This document shows positions 54,811 through 64,000 of a stretch of 64,000 nt of DNA, in pieces; the stretch's first letter is position 1, and each line of letters begins with the position of its first letter. The position numbers and the translations under genes are program-made. This stretch comes from an uncultured Planctomycetaceae bacterium (GTDB lineage Bacteria > Planctomycetota > Planctomycetia > Planctomycetales > Planctomycetaceae): assembly GCA_963815195.1 (NCBI GenBank), contig CAWFGE010000010.1:192001-256000 (forward strand). Direction: 5' to 3'. A model generated the notes under the pieces. It ran no database searches, was not told the origin of the DNA, and saw nothing but the letters and a program-made list of their open reading frames with translations.

Positions 54811-56229
54811 TTACCGACTTTTTTGAAACGCACGCTCCCGCCCGCCGCTCCGTTCCTTGCCGGCGTCCAGGATTTGGACGAGGTGCAGCTTCTGGGTGTT
54901 GAGAAGATCCTCGAGCGTCTGGGTGCGATTGATGGACAGGGTGCGGCCTGCTTCGTGGACGGCCTCGCGTATTTCTGACGGATCGCGGTAGAGCACGTCC
55001 AGATTTGTGAGAATCAACTGGTCGCCTTCCTTGACGCCTCCGTCCAAAAGGGCGAGCGTTTCCAAAGTTTCCCGGGGTTCGATCTGCTGCTGCACCACGG
55101 GGGGGTTGGTGCCCGGGCGAGCGATGAGGACGTGGCCGCCTATGATCGCATCGCGGGGAATGGCGAACACCTCTTCCAGCACCGGGCCTTCCATACGAGC
55201 GTGCACGAAGGTGCCCGGCAACAGCGGCCGGGATTGCTCGGCATTGTCCACTTCGACATAGACTTCGATCGTGCGGTTTTCGACGTCCGCTTTGGGAGCC
55301 GTCCGCGTGAGCCGACCCGTCCATTGGGCTGCATTGGACACGCTCGCCGCCAAGTCGACTTGCGGAGACTGCCCGCCATCCAGCAACGGCGACAACTTGG
55401 CATAATCCGACAGCTTGATCGGCACGGGAATCTCGACCAATTGGGTGTTCGTGATCTTCACCAGCGGATCGCCCACGCGGACATACTGCCCCGTCTCGGC
55501 AAACACCTCGCTGACGACCCCCGCAAACGGTGCAGCCACCTGCGTATGGTTCAAATCGATCTTCGCCAATTCCAGTGCCGATTTCGTCGTGGCCTGGCGT
55601 TTTTCCACCTGGTCGATTTTTAAGGGATAAAGCCCCGCTTCGTTTTCCTGCCGGATCATGGCTTCTTCGTACTTCCGGAAGTCCAAAAGTGCGCGGGCCA
55701 GTTCGTCGCTCGTCACGACATCGCGGGACCGGAGCGTTTGGCGGCGCTGGTACTGCTCTTGGGCGGTTGCAAAATCCGACTTGGCCTGCTTTAAGAGCCG
55801 CTCGGCGTTGGCCCGTTCTTGCTTGAGGCGGGACAGTTCGCTTTCACCTTCCGCGAGTTGGTTTTGGACCTGTTCGTACTGCCGGCGAATGCTGTCGGGA
55901 TCGATTTGCAAGATCGGGCCGTTGGCGACCACGCGCTGGCCGATTTCGAGGTTATGTTCCTGAACCGCGCCGGCGACCTGGGCGGAGAGGATCACTTCGC
56001 GGTCGGGGCGTGCCGTCCCAAAACCGGAAATCGTCTCGCGGAGTCGGTGCTTGTGGACGACGAACACGTCGACGTTGTAGGTTTTCTTGGTCGGCGGCGT
56101 TTGCCGGGGTTCGGGCTTCATGGAGGCAAGCGCCACAAACCCGGCCGCTCCCACCGCAATCGCCCCCAGCATGCCGATCACCGAAATCACCCGCCGAAGC
56201 CGGCCCGAGTTGGAATGTGCCGCTGTCAT
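54811..56229 (-). CDS. RND efflux periplasmic adaptor subunit
   Basis: N-terminal TM helix, SAQVAG, coiled coil, APFAGVV and LLPGTFV. Confidence 0.85.
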   Translation of the reverse strand: MTAAHSNSGRLRRVISVIGMLGAIAVGAAGFVALASMKPEPRQTPPTKKTYNVDVFVVHKHRLRETISGFGTARPDREVILSAQVAGAVQEHNLEIGQRVVANGPILQIDPDSIRRQYEQVQNQLAEGESELSRLKQERANAERLLKQAKSDFATAQEQYQRRQTLRSRDVVTSDELARALLDFRKYEEAMIRQENEAGLYPLKIDQVEKRQATTKSALELAKIDLNHTQVAAPFAGVVSEVFAETGQYVRVGDPLVKITNTQLVEIPVPIKLSDYAKLSPLLDGGQSPQVDLAASVSNAAQWTGRLTRTAPKADVENRTIEVYVEVDNAEQSRPLLPGTFVHARMEGPVLEEVFAIPRDAIIGGHVLIARPGTNPPVVQQQIEPRETLETLALLDGGVKEGDQLILTNLDVLYRDPSEIREAVHEAGRTLSINRTQTLEDLLNTQKLHLVQILDAGKERSGGRERAFQKSR

Positions 56230-56254
56230 GATCGCCTATGTTTCCTCTCGCCTT

Positions 56255-56316
56255 ATCAGCCGGAACGCGCTGGCGTCCGGTTCTCCATAAACCGGGGCTA
56301 GCGCCCTGCGGCTAAT
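56255..56316. repeat. REP-like pair (same family as 8359-8434)
   Basis: ATCAGCCGGAACGCGCTGGCGTCCGGTT ... AACCGGGGCTAGCGCCCTGCGGCTAAT. Confidence 0.7.
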
Positions 56317-56434
56317 GCATAACGCATTCGTGGTGTTTAAGACCAAAAACTACGACCGTTGTCACTTCCATTATAGATGGCGACCGTATTGCGGGACAGG
56401 AACGGTTTCCGCCGCGAACCTCTGGAACGCCGAT

Positions 56435-57028
56435 TTAATTCGCCGGTTCTTTGCTGACGTCGCCCCAAACGGATTGGGCGATGAGGCACAACGCCCCCGT
56501 CACCAGAAACACATCCGCGAGATTGAACACCGGCCAATCGAAGGTTCCAAATTGAAACAGTAAGAAGTCGCGGACGGCGGTGATCGTTTTCCCGGTGATG
56601 GGATCTTTGAGGCCATGCAGTCCCAGGCGATCGTACAGGTTGCCGAGGGTTCCGGCCAGGATAAGAGCCAGGCAAAGGGTCAGCGTCCAACTCCGGGCGG
56701 CACCGCGCACGAACAGCCAATACAAAATAATGCCCACCGCCAGCACGCTCAGCAGGGAAAACAGCCCGGTGAAGTGCTGCCCGATGCCCCACAGGGCCCC
56801 GTGGTTGAAGCTGGTGTGGAAGCGGAGTTTGACCCAGGAATCGAGAAACAGCCGGCTTTCCCCACCAGGAAATCCCCACTGCTCGAACACGGCCCGCTTC
56901 GAATACAGGTCCGCCGACGTCCCCGCAGCGGTGAGCGTGACAAAAGCCAGCCATCGCCCCCAGTAGCCGCGCACGCTCAGCGTCCGGGGCGAGCCCTGGG
57001 AACGTTCCGCCGGCGTCGGCGAGCTCAT
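56435..57028 (-). CDS. lspA: Lipoprotein signal peptidase II
   Basis: DLYSK, NHGALWG, GTLGNLYDR, VRDF and WPVFNLAD. Confidence 0.92.
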   Translation of the reverse strand: MSSPTPAERSQGSPRTLSVRGYWGRWLAFVTLTAAGTSADLYSKRAVFEQWGFPGGESRLFLDSWVKLRFHTSFNHGALWGIGQHFTGLFSLLSVLAVGIILYWLFVRGAARSWTLTLCLALILAGTLGNLYDRLGLHGLKDPITGKTITAVRDFLLFQFGTFDWPVFNLADVFLVTGALCLIAQSVWGDVSKEPAN

Positions 57029-57414
57029 AAGGACATTTCTTCTCGCTTCCGCTTGCAATTGACGCAATCGCGGGCGTAGGGAATCGCCTTGAGCCGGAGC
57101 TTGGGAATCATGGCTTTGGACACGGGCCGGCCTTCGGCGAGGCAGCTTTCGCAGAGGCCATAAGTCCCATTCTCGATTCGCTTTATGGCGGCGGTGATTT
57201 CCTTGAGCACCTCCTGGTCGTTCTCCATCAGGTGCAGCGAGAAATCCTGCTCGAAGCTGGCCGTGCCCAGTTCCGCGAGATGCGTCGGGCTTTCTCCGCC
57301 GTTATTGCCGCGGTCCAAGGCTTCATCGCTAAGCTGCTCCACATCCCCCCGAATGCGGGCCTTGAGCGTCAAAAGTAGGGCACGAAATTGATCGATTTCA
57401 GACTGTTTTAGCAT
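57025..57414 (-). CDS. TraR/DksA family C4 zinc-finger protein
   Basis: HLAELGT, AIKRIENGTYGLCESC..RLKAIPYARDCVNC. Confidence 0.88.
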   Translation of the reverse strand: MLKQSEIDQFRALLLTLKARIRGDVEQLSDEALDRGNNGGESPTHLAELGTASFEQDFSLHLMENDQEVLKEITAAIKRIENGTYGLCESCLAEGRPVSKAMIPKLRLKAIPYARDCVNCKRKREEMSL

Positions 57415-57611
57415 CGCAGTAAGATTAAGGTGTGAAGCGAAAAAAAATGACGAAATTGCATTATCCTCCCGGAAATAACGCCGGTCAAGCGTCCGGCCGA
57501 TTTTCAATTGACCCGGCGGACCCGGCGTGCGCAACGGCTAATTTCAAAATACTCCCCAATGTGGTATGACGAAATCATCGACAAACTTGATTGCATAAGG
57601 GAGAAACTGAT

Positions 57612-58500
57612 TTGGCAAAATTGGTGATCGGCTGCGGGTATTTGGGGCAGCGACTGGCCGCGAAATGGGCCGAGGCCGGGGAAACCGTGTGGGCCCTCAC
57701 GCGGTCGGCGGAACGAGCCGAGGAATTCCAGAGCCGCGGTTGGCAGCCCGTTGTGGGCGATGTGACGCAGCCTTCGGTCCAAGAGACGTTACAGAACTTG
57801 CCGGAAGTGGACACCGTCTTGTATGCCGTAGGCTACGACCGCGGCAGCGGCTTGTCCCAACGGGAAGTTTATGTCGACGGCCTCAAAAACGTGTTGGAGA
57901 TGATCGCCCCCCGAGTCCGGCGGTTTCTTTATATCTCCAGCACCAGCGTTTACGGCCAGGATCAGGGCGAGTGGATCGATGAAACGTCCCCCTGCGAACC
58001 CACCCGGCCCAACGGCCAAATCTGCCGGGACGCGGAACAACTCGTCGAGCAATATTTTCCTCCCGAAAAAGCGGATTCCGAGCGATCCGCCAATATTCTG
58101 CGGTTGGCGGGAATCTATGGGCCGGGGCGATTGCTCCGGCGGCTCGCCGATTTGCGCAGGCCAGCCGATCGCGGGCGAATCGGAGGGTTGGTTGAATCTG
58201 ATCCACGTCGCTGATGCCGTTCGGACCATCCTGGCCTGCGAGAAGCGGGGCGAGCCGGGGGCGGTTTATCTGGTCTCCGACGACCGGCCCGTCCGCCGGC
58301 GGGAGTATTACGGCGAACTCGCAAGGCTCGCCGGGGTGGAAATTCCGCCATTCGAGGCCCGTTCAGAAACCCGCGACGCGGCCGGTTTGGGCAAGCAGTG
58401 CTCCAATCGGAAAATCCGCGAAAACCTCCAGGTTGGGCTCGCCTTTCCCACAATTATTGAGGGCTTGCCGGACGCGGTGCAGCCCTGCGAAGCGGACTGA
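57612..58500 (+). CDS. NAD-dependent epimerase/SDR (frameshift near 58150)
   Basis: GCGYLG, YISSTSVYG, LRLAGIYGPGR and NLIHVADA. Confidence 0.88.
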
Positions 58501-59167
58501 GGCGGAAATTCGGTGAAAAATTGTGGGATTGGGGGAAAAGTCGGAAAATTTCTCTTTTCTCGGCAGGGGACGCACGATACTATTCACCACTGAAAATCCA
58601 CCCGTTTTCTCCCACCCCACCCAATGATGATCGTGTTACTCAAATTTTGCCGGCCGCTCCCCACTCGTGCTCGATCGGGTACGAGGGGAATACTCCGGCA
58701 GTCCAGCCTGCATTGATACCCACTTGACTTGTCTCTTCAAGGAGACGAGGGCCATGCCACACCAACGATCCTGAGCCAGACCCGTCGCGAGTTTGCTCCT
58801 GGCCCATTCGCGAAAATCGTAACACGATCCAAAAAGCGCTCAGCCGGTCACTCCCGCCCAACCCGTTTTGCCGAAACCCGCCCTGCCTGAGATTGGGGAT
58901 TTCGCTCAAAATGCCCGGCGGCCAGCATTTGTGGCCAAAAATTCCCCGATATTTGATCGGATCTTGGCACAGAGTTTGTACAACTCGCCAAGCTGTAACC
59001 CGAAACAACCGGCCAAGTCCTTCCGACTTCGGCACACAAGAGCGAAAGGCTTCCAGGGCCACCCGTCCTACGAAGTCTCGGCTCAAATAACCTGATTTGG
59101 AACTTTCCCCTTATGATAAGCCGTGCGTGACGGCTTGCCTTCCCTTTTTGGTACGAAACCTGGACCC

Positions 59168-61297
59168 ATGAAAAACCTCCAAAAACATCGCAACATCGGC
59201 ATCTCCGCTCACATCGACTCCGGCAAAACCACCTTGACCGAGCGGATTCTGTTCTACTCCGGCCGGATCCACCGGATGCAAGAAGTCAAAGGGAAGGAAG
59301 GCGGGGCCACCATGGACTCCATGGAACTCGAGCGGGAACGGGGCATCACGATTGCCTCCGCCGCGACCTCCGTCTCCTGGATGGGGCATTCGATCAACGT
59401 CATCGACACCCCCGGCCACGTCGACTTCACCGTCGAAGTCGAACGCAGCCTCCGCGTCTTGGACGGGGCGATTCTCGTGCTCTGCGCCGTGGGCGGCGTG
59501 CAAAGCCAATCGCTGACCGTGGACCGGCAAATGCGCAGGTATCACGTGCCGCGGATTGCGTTCATCAACAAGATGGACCGCACGGGGGCCGACCCGGACA
59601 AAGTCATGAAGCAAATGGCCGACAAACTCAAGGTCACCCCGCTCGCCGTGCAATTGCCGATGGGCCGGGAAGACGCTTTTGAAGGCGTGATCGATCTCAT
59701 CAAGATGCAAGCGGTGTATTTCGACGGGGCGATGGGCGAAACCGTCCGCCGCGAAGCCATTCCCGAAAAATACGCCGCCGCCGCCACGGAAGCCCGCAAC
59801 CACATGCTGGAAACCTTGTCGCTTTACAGCGATGAGTTGATGATGGCCCTCCTGGAAGAAGCCGAGGTCGAAGAAGCCGACATCCGCAAGCTGATCCGCG
59901 AAGCGACCTTGGCCCACGAGATCGTCCCCGTGTTGATGGGCACCGCGTTCCGCAACAAAGGCGTGCAGGAAGCCCTCGATGCGGTCGTGCATTATCTGCC
60001 CAGCCCGCTCGACCGCGACCTGACGGCGATCGACGTGTCCAAGCAACAGCCCGGCAGCGAATCGCCTCCCGATGAAGTCCGCCGCGTGCCCCTCGTCAGT
60101 TCCGATGATAAGCCCTTGGTGTCGATGGCGTTCAAAACCGTGGTGGAAGCCTTCGGCCAGTTGACCTACTTCCGCGTCTATCAAGGCGAGATCAAAAAAG
60201 GCGAAAGCTACACCAACATGCGGACCGGGCGGAAAGTGCGGTTCGGCCGGTTGGTGCGGATGCACGCCGACGACCGCGAAGACATCGACCAGGCCGGCGC
60301 CGGCGACATCATCGCCGTCGTGGGCGTGGATTGCGCCTCCGGCGATACCTTCTGCGGCAATGGCGTGGAATACTCCCTCGAAAGCATTTTCGTGCCGGAG
60401 CCCGTCATCCGTCTGTCCATCGAACCCATGAGGCGGGACGGGGCCGACAAACTCAGCAAAGCCCTCGAACGCTTCCGCCGGGAAGACCCCACCTTCCAGG
60501 TCACCAGCGACCCGGAAACCAACCAGACAATCATCGCCGGCATGGGCCAGTTGCACCTCGATATTTACATCGAACGCATCCGCCGGGAATACGGCGTGGA
60601 ATGCCTCGTCGGCGAGCCGCGCGTCGCCTACCGCGAATGCCCCACGCGGGCCGTCGAGTTCGACTTCCGCCACAAGAAGCAGTCCGGCGGCTCCGGTCAG
60701 TTCGCGCACATCAAAGGCCGGCTTGAACCGTTGCCGGAAGACGCCGACGTCGCTTACGAGTTCGTCAATGAAGTCACCCAGGGACGCATTCCCAAGGAAT
60801 ACATCCCGGCCGTGGACCACGGCTTCAAGCTAGCCCTCGACAAAGGGCCGCTCGCCGAATGTGAAGTCGTCGGCGTGCGGGCGATCCTGAACGACGGGGC
60901 CTACCACGATGTGGACTCCTCGGAAATGGCGTTCAAGATTTGCGGCTTCAACTGCATGCGGGAAACCCTGCAAAAGGCGAAAATGGCCCTGCAGGAGCCG
61001 ATCATGCTCCTCGAAATCGAAACGCCGGACGAATTCCAAGGCCCGGTCACCGGCCACCTTTCCAGCAAACGGGGCGTGATCGTCTCGTCGGAAGTCCGCC
61101 AAGGCATCGCCGTGATCCTCGCCGAGGTCCCCCTGGCGACGATGTTCGACTACGCCAACGAGCTACGTTCGATGACCCAAGGCAAAGGCACCTTCAGCAT
61201 GGAGTTCGCCAAATACCGCCAGGTCCCCGCCAACCTGCAAGACGACGTCATCGCCAGAAGAAAAGCCGAAAAAGAAGAACGCCTCGCAATGGCCTAA
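59168..61297 (+). CDS. fusA: Elongation factor G (stand-alone, mtEF-G1-like)
   Basis: AHIDSGKTT, RGITI, DTPGHVDF, NKMD, GMGQLHL and KKQSGG. Confidence 0.96.
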   Translation: MKNLQKHRNIGISAHIDSGKTTLTERILFYSGRIHRMQEVKGKEGGATMDSMELERERGITIASAATSVSWMGHSINVIDTPGHVDFTVEVERSLRVLDGAILVLCAVGGVQSQSLTVDRQMRRYHVPRIAFINKMDRTGADPDKVMKQMADKLKVTPLAVQLPMGREDAFEGVIDLIKMQAVYFDGAMGETVRREAIPEKYAAAATEARNHMLETLSLYSDELMMALLEEAEVEEADIRKLIREATLAHEIVPVLMGTAFRNKGVQEALDAVVHYLPSPLDRDLTAIDVSKQQPGSESPPDEVRRVPLVSSDDKPLVSMAFKTVVEAFGQLTYFRVYQGEIKKGESYTNMRTGRKVRFGRLVRMHADDREDIDQAGAGDIIAVVGVDCASGDTFCGNGVEYSLESIFVPEPVIRLSIEPMRRDGADKLSKALERFRREDPTFQVTSDPETNQTIIAGMGQLHLDIYIERIRREYGVECLVGEPRVAYRECPTRAVEFDFRHKKQSGGSGQFAHIKGRLEPLPEDADVAYEFVNEVTQGRIPKEYIPAVDHGFKLALDKGPLAECEVVGVRAILNDGAYHDVDSSEMAFKICGFNCMRETLQKAKMALQEPIMLLEIETPDEFQGPVTGHLSSKRGVIVSSEVRQGIAVILAEVPLATMFDYANELRSMTQGKGTFSMEFAKYRQVPANLQDDVIARRKAEKEERLAMA

Positions 61298-61380
61298 CAG
61301 CGACCGCGACGCACAAAGGCGAGCGGACCAACCTGCCGGTCGGTGCCCGCGTAAGCCTCCTGGTTCTGCACAAAAAGAGA

Positions 61381-61424
61381 AAACCCCGGCCTGACAATGC
61401 GTCAGCCCGGGGTTTCTTGTTTGT
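61381..61424 (+). terminator. Probable intrinsic terminator after fusA
   Basis: AAACCCCGGCCTGAC-aatgc-GTCAGCCCGGGGTTT followed by CTTGTTTGT. Confidence 0.7.
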
Positions 61425-61559
61425 CGCAAAGATATGGGAACGATTCTACCGAAAACGAGGGGCGAACTATCACCTCTTGTCGCTGCGCGACCCAGGTTGC
61501 AGATAACCTGGGCCACCCCGCGGCGGCGTGGGACTATGAAAGCACTGGCAACAAGTGAC

Positions 61560-61692
61560 GTAGGGCCGGCTGTGCCGGCCTTTTCGACGAAGGGAATCAT
61601 GCTTATGCCCAATTGGCGGCTGGGTGTGCCGGCCATTTGGTGCGAGAAAAATCGTTGTGTCAAAAACAAAAGGCCGGCACAGCCGGCCCTAC
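61560..61692. repeat. Inverted GTAG-type REP pair
   Basis: GTAGGGCCGGCTGTGCCGGCCTTTT ... AAAAGGCCGGCACAGCCGGCCCTAC. Confidence 0.75.
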
Positions 61693-61969
61693 TCGGCTGG
61701 CCAACCTCTGGCCACGTCCGCGTGGAGCTCGCCCGCGGCCCTACACACCTCTCCCACGTCACGCCCATGAGCAACTGGTTCTTCGGGACTGAGCAGTTCG
61801 CCATCGTGGCATCCGCCTTTCTGTTTCTTTCCTTCACTCACCCAACGATCGCCAGGCCCCAGGGGGAAAGGGGGCGGTCCGCCCATCCTCCGCTCCCCAA
61901 CCACCCTGTGCACTTTCCGCCACGGAAATACTCACCACGCACGGACCTGATGAATAATCCGGGGTCACG

Positions 61970-63241
61970 TCAGCGAGTTTCTGTCGCTTGTAAGTAGGCC
62001 CCGGTGAGATCGTACAAACGGACGATTTCCGCAGGCGGTTGGGAGCGGTCGTAACGGAACACTTCCGCTTTCCCGTTGGCTTGGAGAACGCTCACCAGGA
62101 TCAGATTCTTGAGGTCGGGGACGTTCGCCGACGCCGGCAAGTTTTGGATCAACTTACCGAGAGTCAGAACTTGAGCTTCGCTGAGCCCGTGCTGTTTGGC
62201 GGCTTGGGTGGCGTGGTTGTAAACTTCCCGCGCCGTGGCCACCGTGGATGTGGACAGGTCGGCCGTGCAAAGCATGGCCACGCTCGGATTCCCGCCGAAA
62301 AACCACGACGTGCGAACCTGATCCCGGCCCACCTGTTTCAACCAGGCAACGTTGGCGAGGAAGGCCTCAGATTGCGGATAGGCCGCCAACGGATCGCCCT
62401 TGGCAGGAACGGTCGCCGAAGATTTTTCCTCGTCGGATTTCGGCGGGGCCGGCTTCTGATCTTTTTGGCCCTTGATGAGTTCTTTGAGTTCTTTCAACTC
62501 CGCTTCGATTTGCTTCATCCGCTGCATTTCTTTTTGCAGGGCTTTGACCTCCAGGTCCAACTCCTTCAGGCGTTTGAGATCCTCGGCGGGAATCGTGACC
62601 AGGGCGGGCGTCCGCGGCACGGGTTCTTGAGCGTAGGTGCTGCTCGCGGTGACTTTCTCGGCCCACTGCGTGTTGTTTTTGGCTTTGAGGGCCACGGCGT
62701 CGATTTCGTTCCAACCCGGCACGGCGGGCGAATCGAAATAGAGTTTGACCTTCTGGATTTTGAACTTCGTCTTGATGGGAATGATCGAGGTCCCGCGGGC
62801 GGCGGTGCGAGGCGTGGGATCGGTGCCCATCCAGGCCATGTGCTCTTTGCCGTCCTCGTCGAACACGCCCACCTTTTCCAAGCAGCCCGGGTTGTAGGTT
62901 TCATAGACCGCGACGGCGGTGGGCATCACGGCTTCGGGATATTCGCAGATCAGCCATTCCTTCTGGCCGTCCTGGGTTTGCGAGGCCCAGGCCGTTTGAA
63001 TGTCGCCGGCCCCGTCGGTGTCGGGCGGGCCTTCGGCTTGCTCCGGCCCCCAAGACCGCTTGGCCGTCTGGACAGCGATGCGTTCCGCACGTTCCAAACC
63101 CCGAACCGGGACGACGTCATTTTGAACCTGCAACGGCGGGGGATCGGCCAGCGCTCTTTGTTCCGGGGACGGAAAGTCCAACAGGCCCCCCGCCGCCAAC
63201 CCCAACGCCATCGCCATCGCCATAAAACGGGACCAGGACAT
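61970..63241 (-). CDS. Exported hypothetical protein with galactose-binding/discoidin-like domain and coiled coil
   Basis: Signal peptide; WGPEQAEGPPDT..GDIQTAWAS..EWL..VYETYNPG..GWNEIDAV. Confidence 0.65.
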   Translation of the reverse strand: MSWSRFMAMAMALGLAAGGLLDFPSPEQRALADPPPLQVQNDVVPVRGLERAERIAVQTAKRSWGPEQAEGPPDTDGAGDIQTAWASQTQDGQKEWLICEYPEAVMPTAVAVYETYNPGCLEKVGVFDEDGKEHMAWMGTDPTPRTAARGTSIIPIKTKFKIQKVKLYFDSPAVPGWNEIDAVALKAKNNTQWAEKVTASSTYAQEPVPRTPALVTIPAEDLKRLKELDLEVKALQKEMQRMKQIEAELKELKELIKGQKDQKPAPPKSDEEKSSATVPAKGDPLAAYPQSEAFLANVAWLKQVGRDQVRTSWFFGGNPSVAMLCTADLSTSTVATAREVYNHATQAAKQHGLSEAQVLTLGKLIQNLPASANVPDLKNLILVSVLQANGKAEVFRYDRSQPPAEIVRLYDLTGAYLQATETR

Positions 63242-63409
63242 CGCAGCCTCCTCGGAATGGAAACAGAACACGCGCCGGCCTCATCAACGAACTGAGGACC
63301 GTATTATTCTCGACGACTCTTTTCGTTTTGACGAGTGCAGTTTGTCGATGGTTCCCAATCTTTTCGCCGATGTTACGTTGGCGTTACGAATCGGGGCACA
63401 CGACGTTTC

Positions 63410-64000
63410 TCACAAACGCACGCGGCCCGGCCAGCGGGCGTGGAGCAGGGCTTCCAAAGCATGATCGCGGCCGGTGTACGATTGGAACCAGCTTAAATGG
63501 GCCAGCTCTTGGAGGTGGGAAGAGTCCACAAGCAGCCCGACGCGGCCCGCCGTCATTCGCTGCCCGGTCAGATCGAGTTCCGTCAAGCCTCCAAAAGAAA
63601 CGGAACGTGCGAGCGTCCGAAACGCGGCATCTCCCAATTCTCCGCAGCCCGCGAGACTCAGCGTTCTGAGGTGTTCTATGAGCGGCGAATCGCAGAGCGC
63701 CCGAAACCCCGCCGCCGTGAACGTGTTCCCGCCCACGAACAATTGCTCGAGTTGCCCCAAACGCGGCGACTGGGCAATGGCAGTTAATCCCGCGTCTGTC
63801 AGTTGGCAGGATTCCAACTTGAGCACCCGCAGCTTCGATAATGTTTCGCTGCCGGCAATGGCATTCGCTCCGCTGTCTTTGAGCGGATTGCCGCTGAGAT
63901 CCAACCGCTCGAGCTTGCCGAGAGCCTGGGACGTTAACAGCGTTTTGAGTTTGCCGGCCCCGATGTGTTGGTACGTCATTTCGAGTTCGTTGAGTTCCGA
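63410..64000 (-). CDS. Ribonuclease-inhibitor-type LRR protein (5' part outside the window)
   Basis: LERLDLSGNPLKDSGA, LKLESCQLTDAG and LFVGGNTFTAAG repeats. Confidence 0.8.
   Translation of the reverse strand, partial: SELNELEMTYQHIGAGKLKTLLTSQALGKLERLDLSGNPLKDSGANAIAGSETLSKLRVLKLESCQLTDAGLTAIAQSPRLGQLEQLFVGGNTFTAAGFRALCDSPLIEHLRTLSLAGCGELGDAAFRTLARSVSFGGLTELDLTGQRMTAGRVGLLVDSSHLQELAHLSWFQSYTGRDHALEALLHARWPGRVRL

Noticed and set aside
61700..61950. Possible structured RNA (a GGAAAGTGC motif on the minus strand resembles RNase P RNA)
   Set aside because: The other conserved RNase P motifs are missing, and I cannot support an ncRNA call without a covariance-model search.

Overview
This is a GC-rich bacterial chromosome segment, most likely Planctomycetota. 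That assignment is inferred from a DUF1501 protein, a PVC-type CxxCH heme protein, sulfatases and a stand-alone mitochondrial-like EF-G. Most of the window is housekeeping and metabolic genes (dnaE, fusA, def, fmt, lspA, nadK, ackA, prolyl oligopeptidase, UxaA- and LarA-family genes). Many genes carry single frameshifts, including def and fmt, which points to sequencing indels rather than pseudogenes. The main discovery is a candidate RiPP (ribosomal peptide natural product) cluster at about 2.85-5.73 kb. It has a 42-aa ORF absent from the ORF track (MVKTKETKKTKKVVRELKALRTNGRKTAERIG-CRCCRCCRCF), two hairpins, a DUF692/MNIO multinuclear iron oxidative enzyme, an uncharacterised partner protein and an ABC-type membrane domain. 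Other accessory regions: a lower-GC LRR-ROC-COR (Roco) gene split by an IS3 element; a pile of mobile-element remnants (group II intron 3' end, RAYT, second IS3 end, ISL3); a tyrosine integrase whose C-terminus is encoded antisense to tRNA-Ala(GGC), next to a decayed MazF-type toxin-antitoxin pair; a 214-bp tandem triplication of a hairpin element; and several REP-like families.
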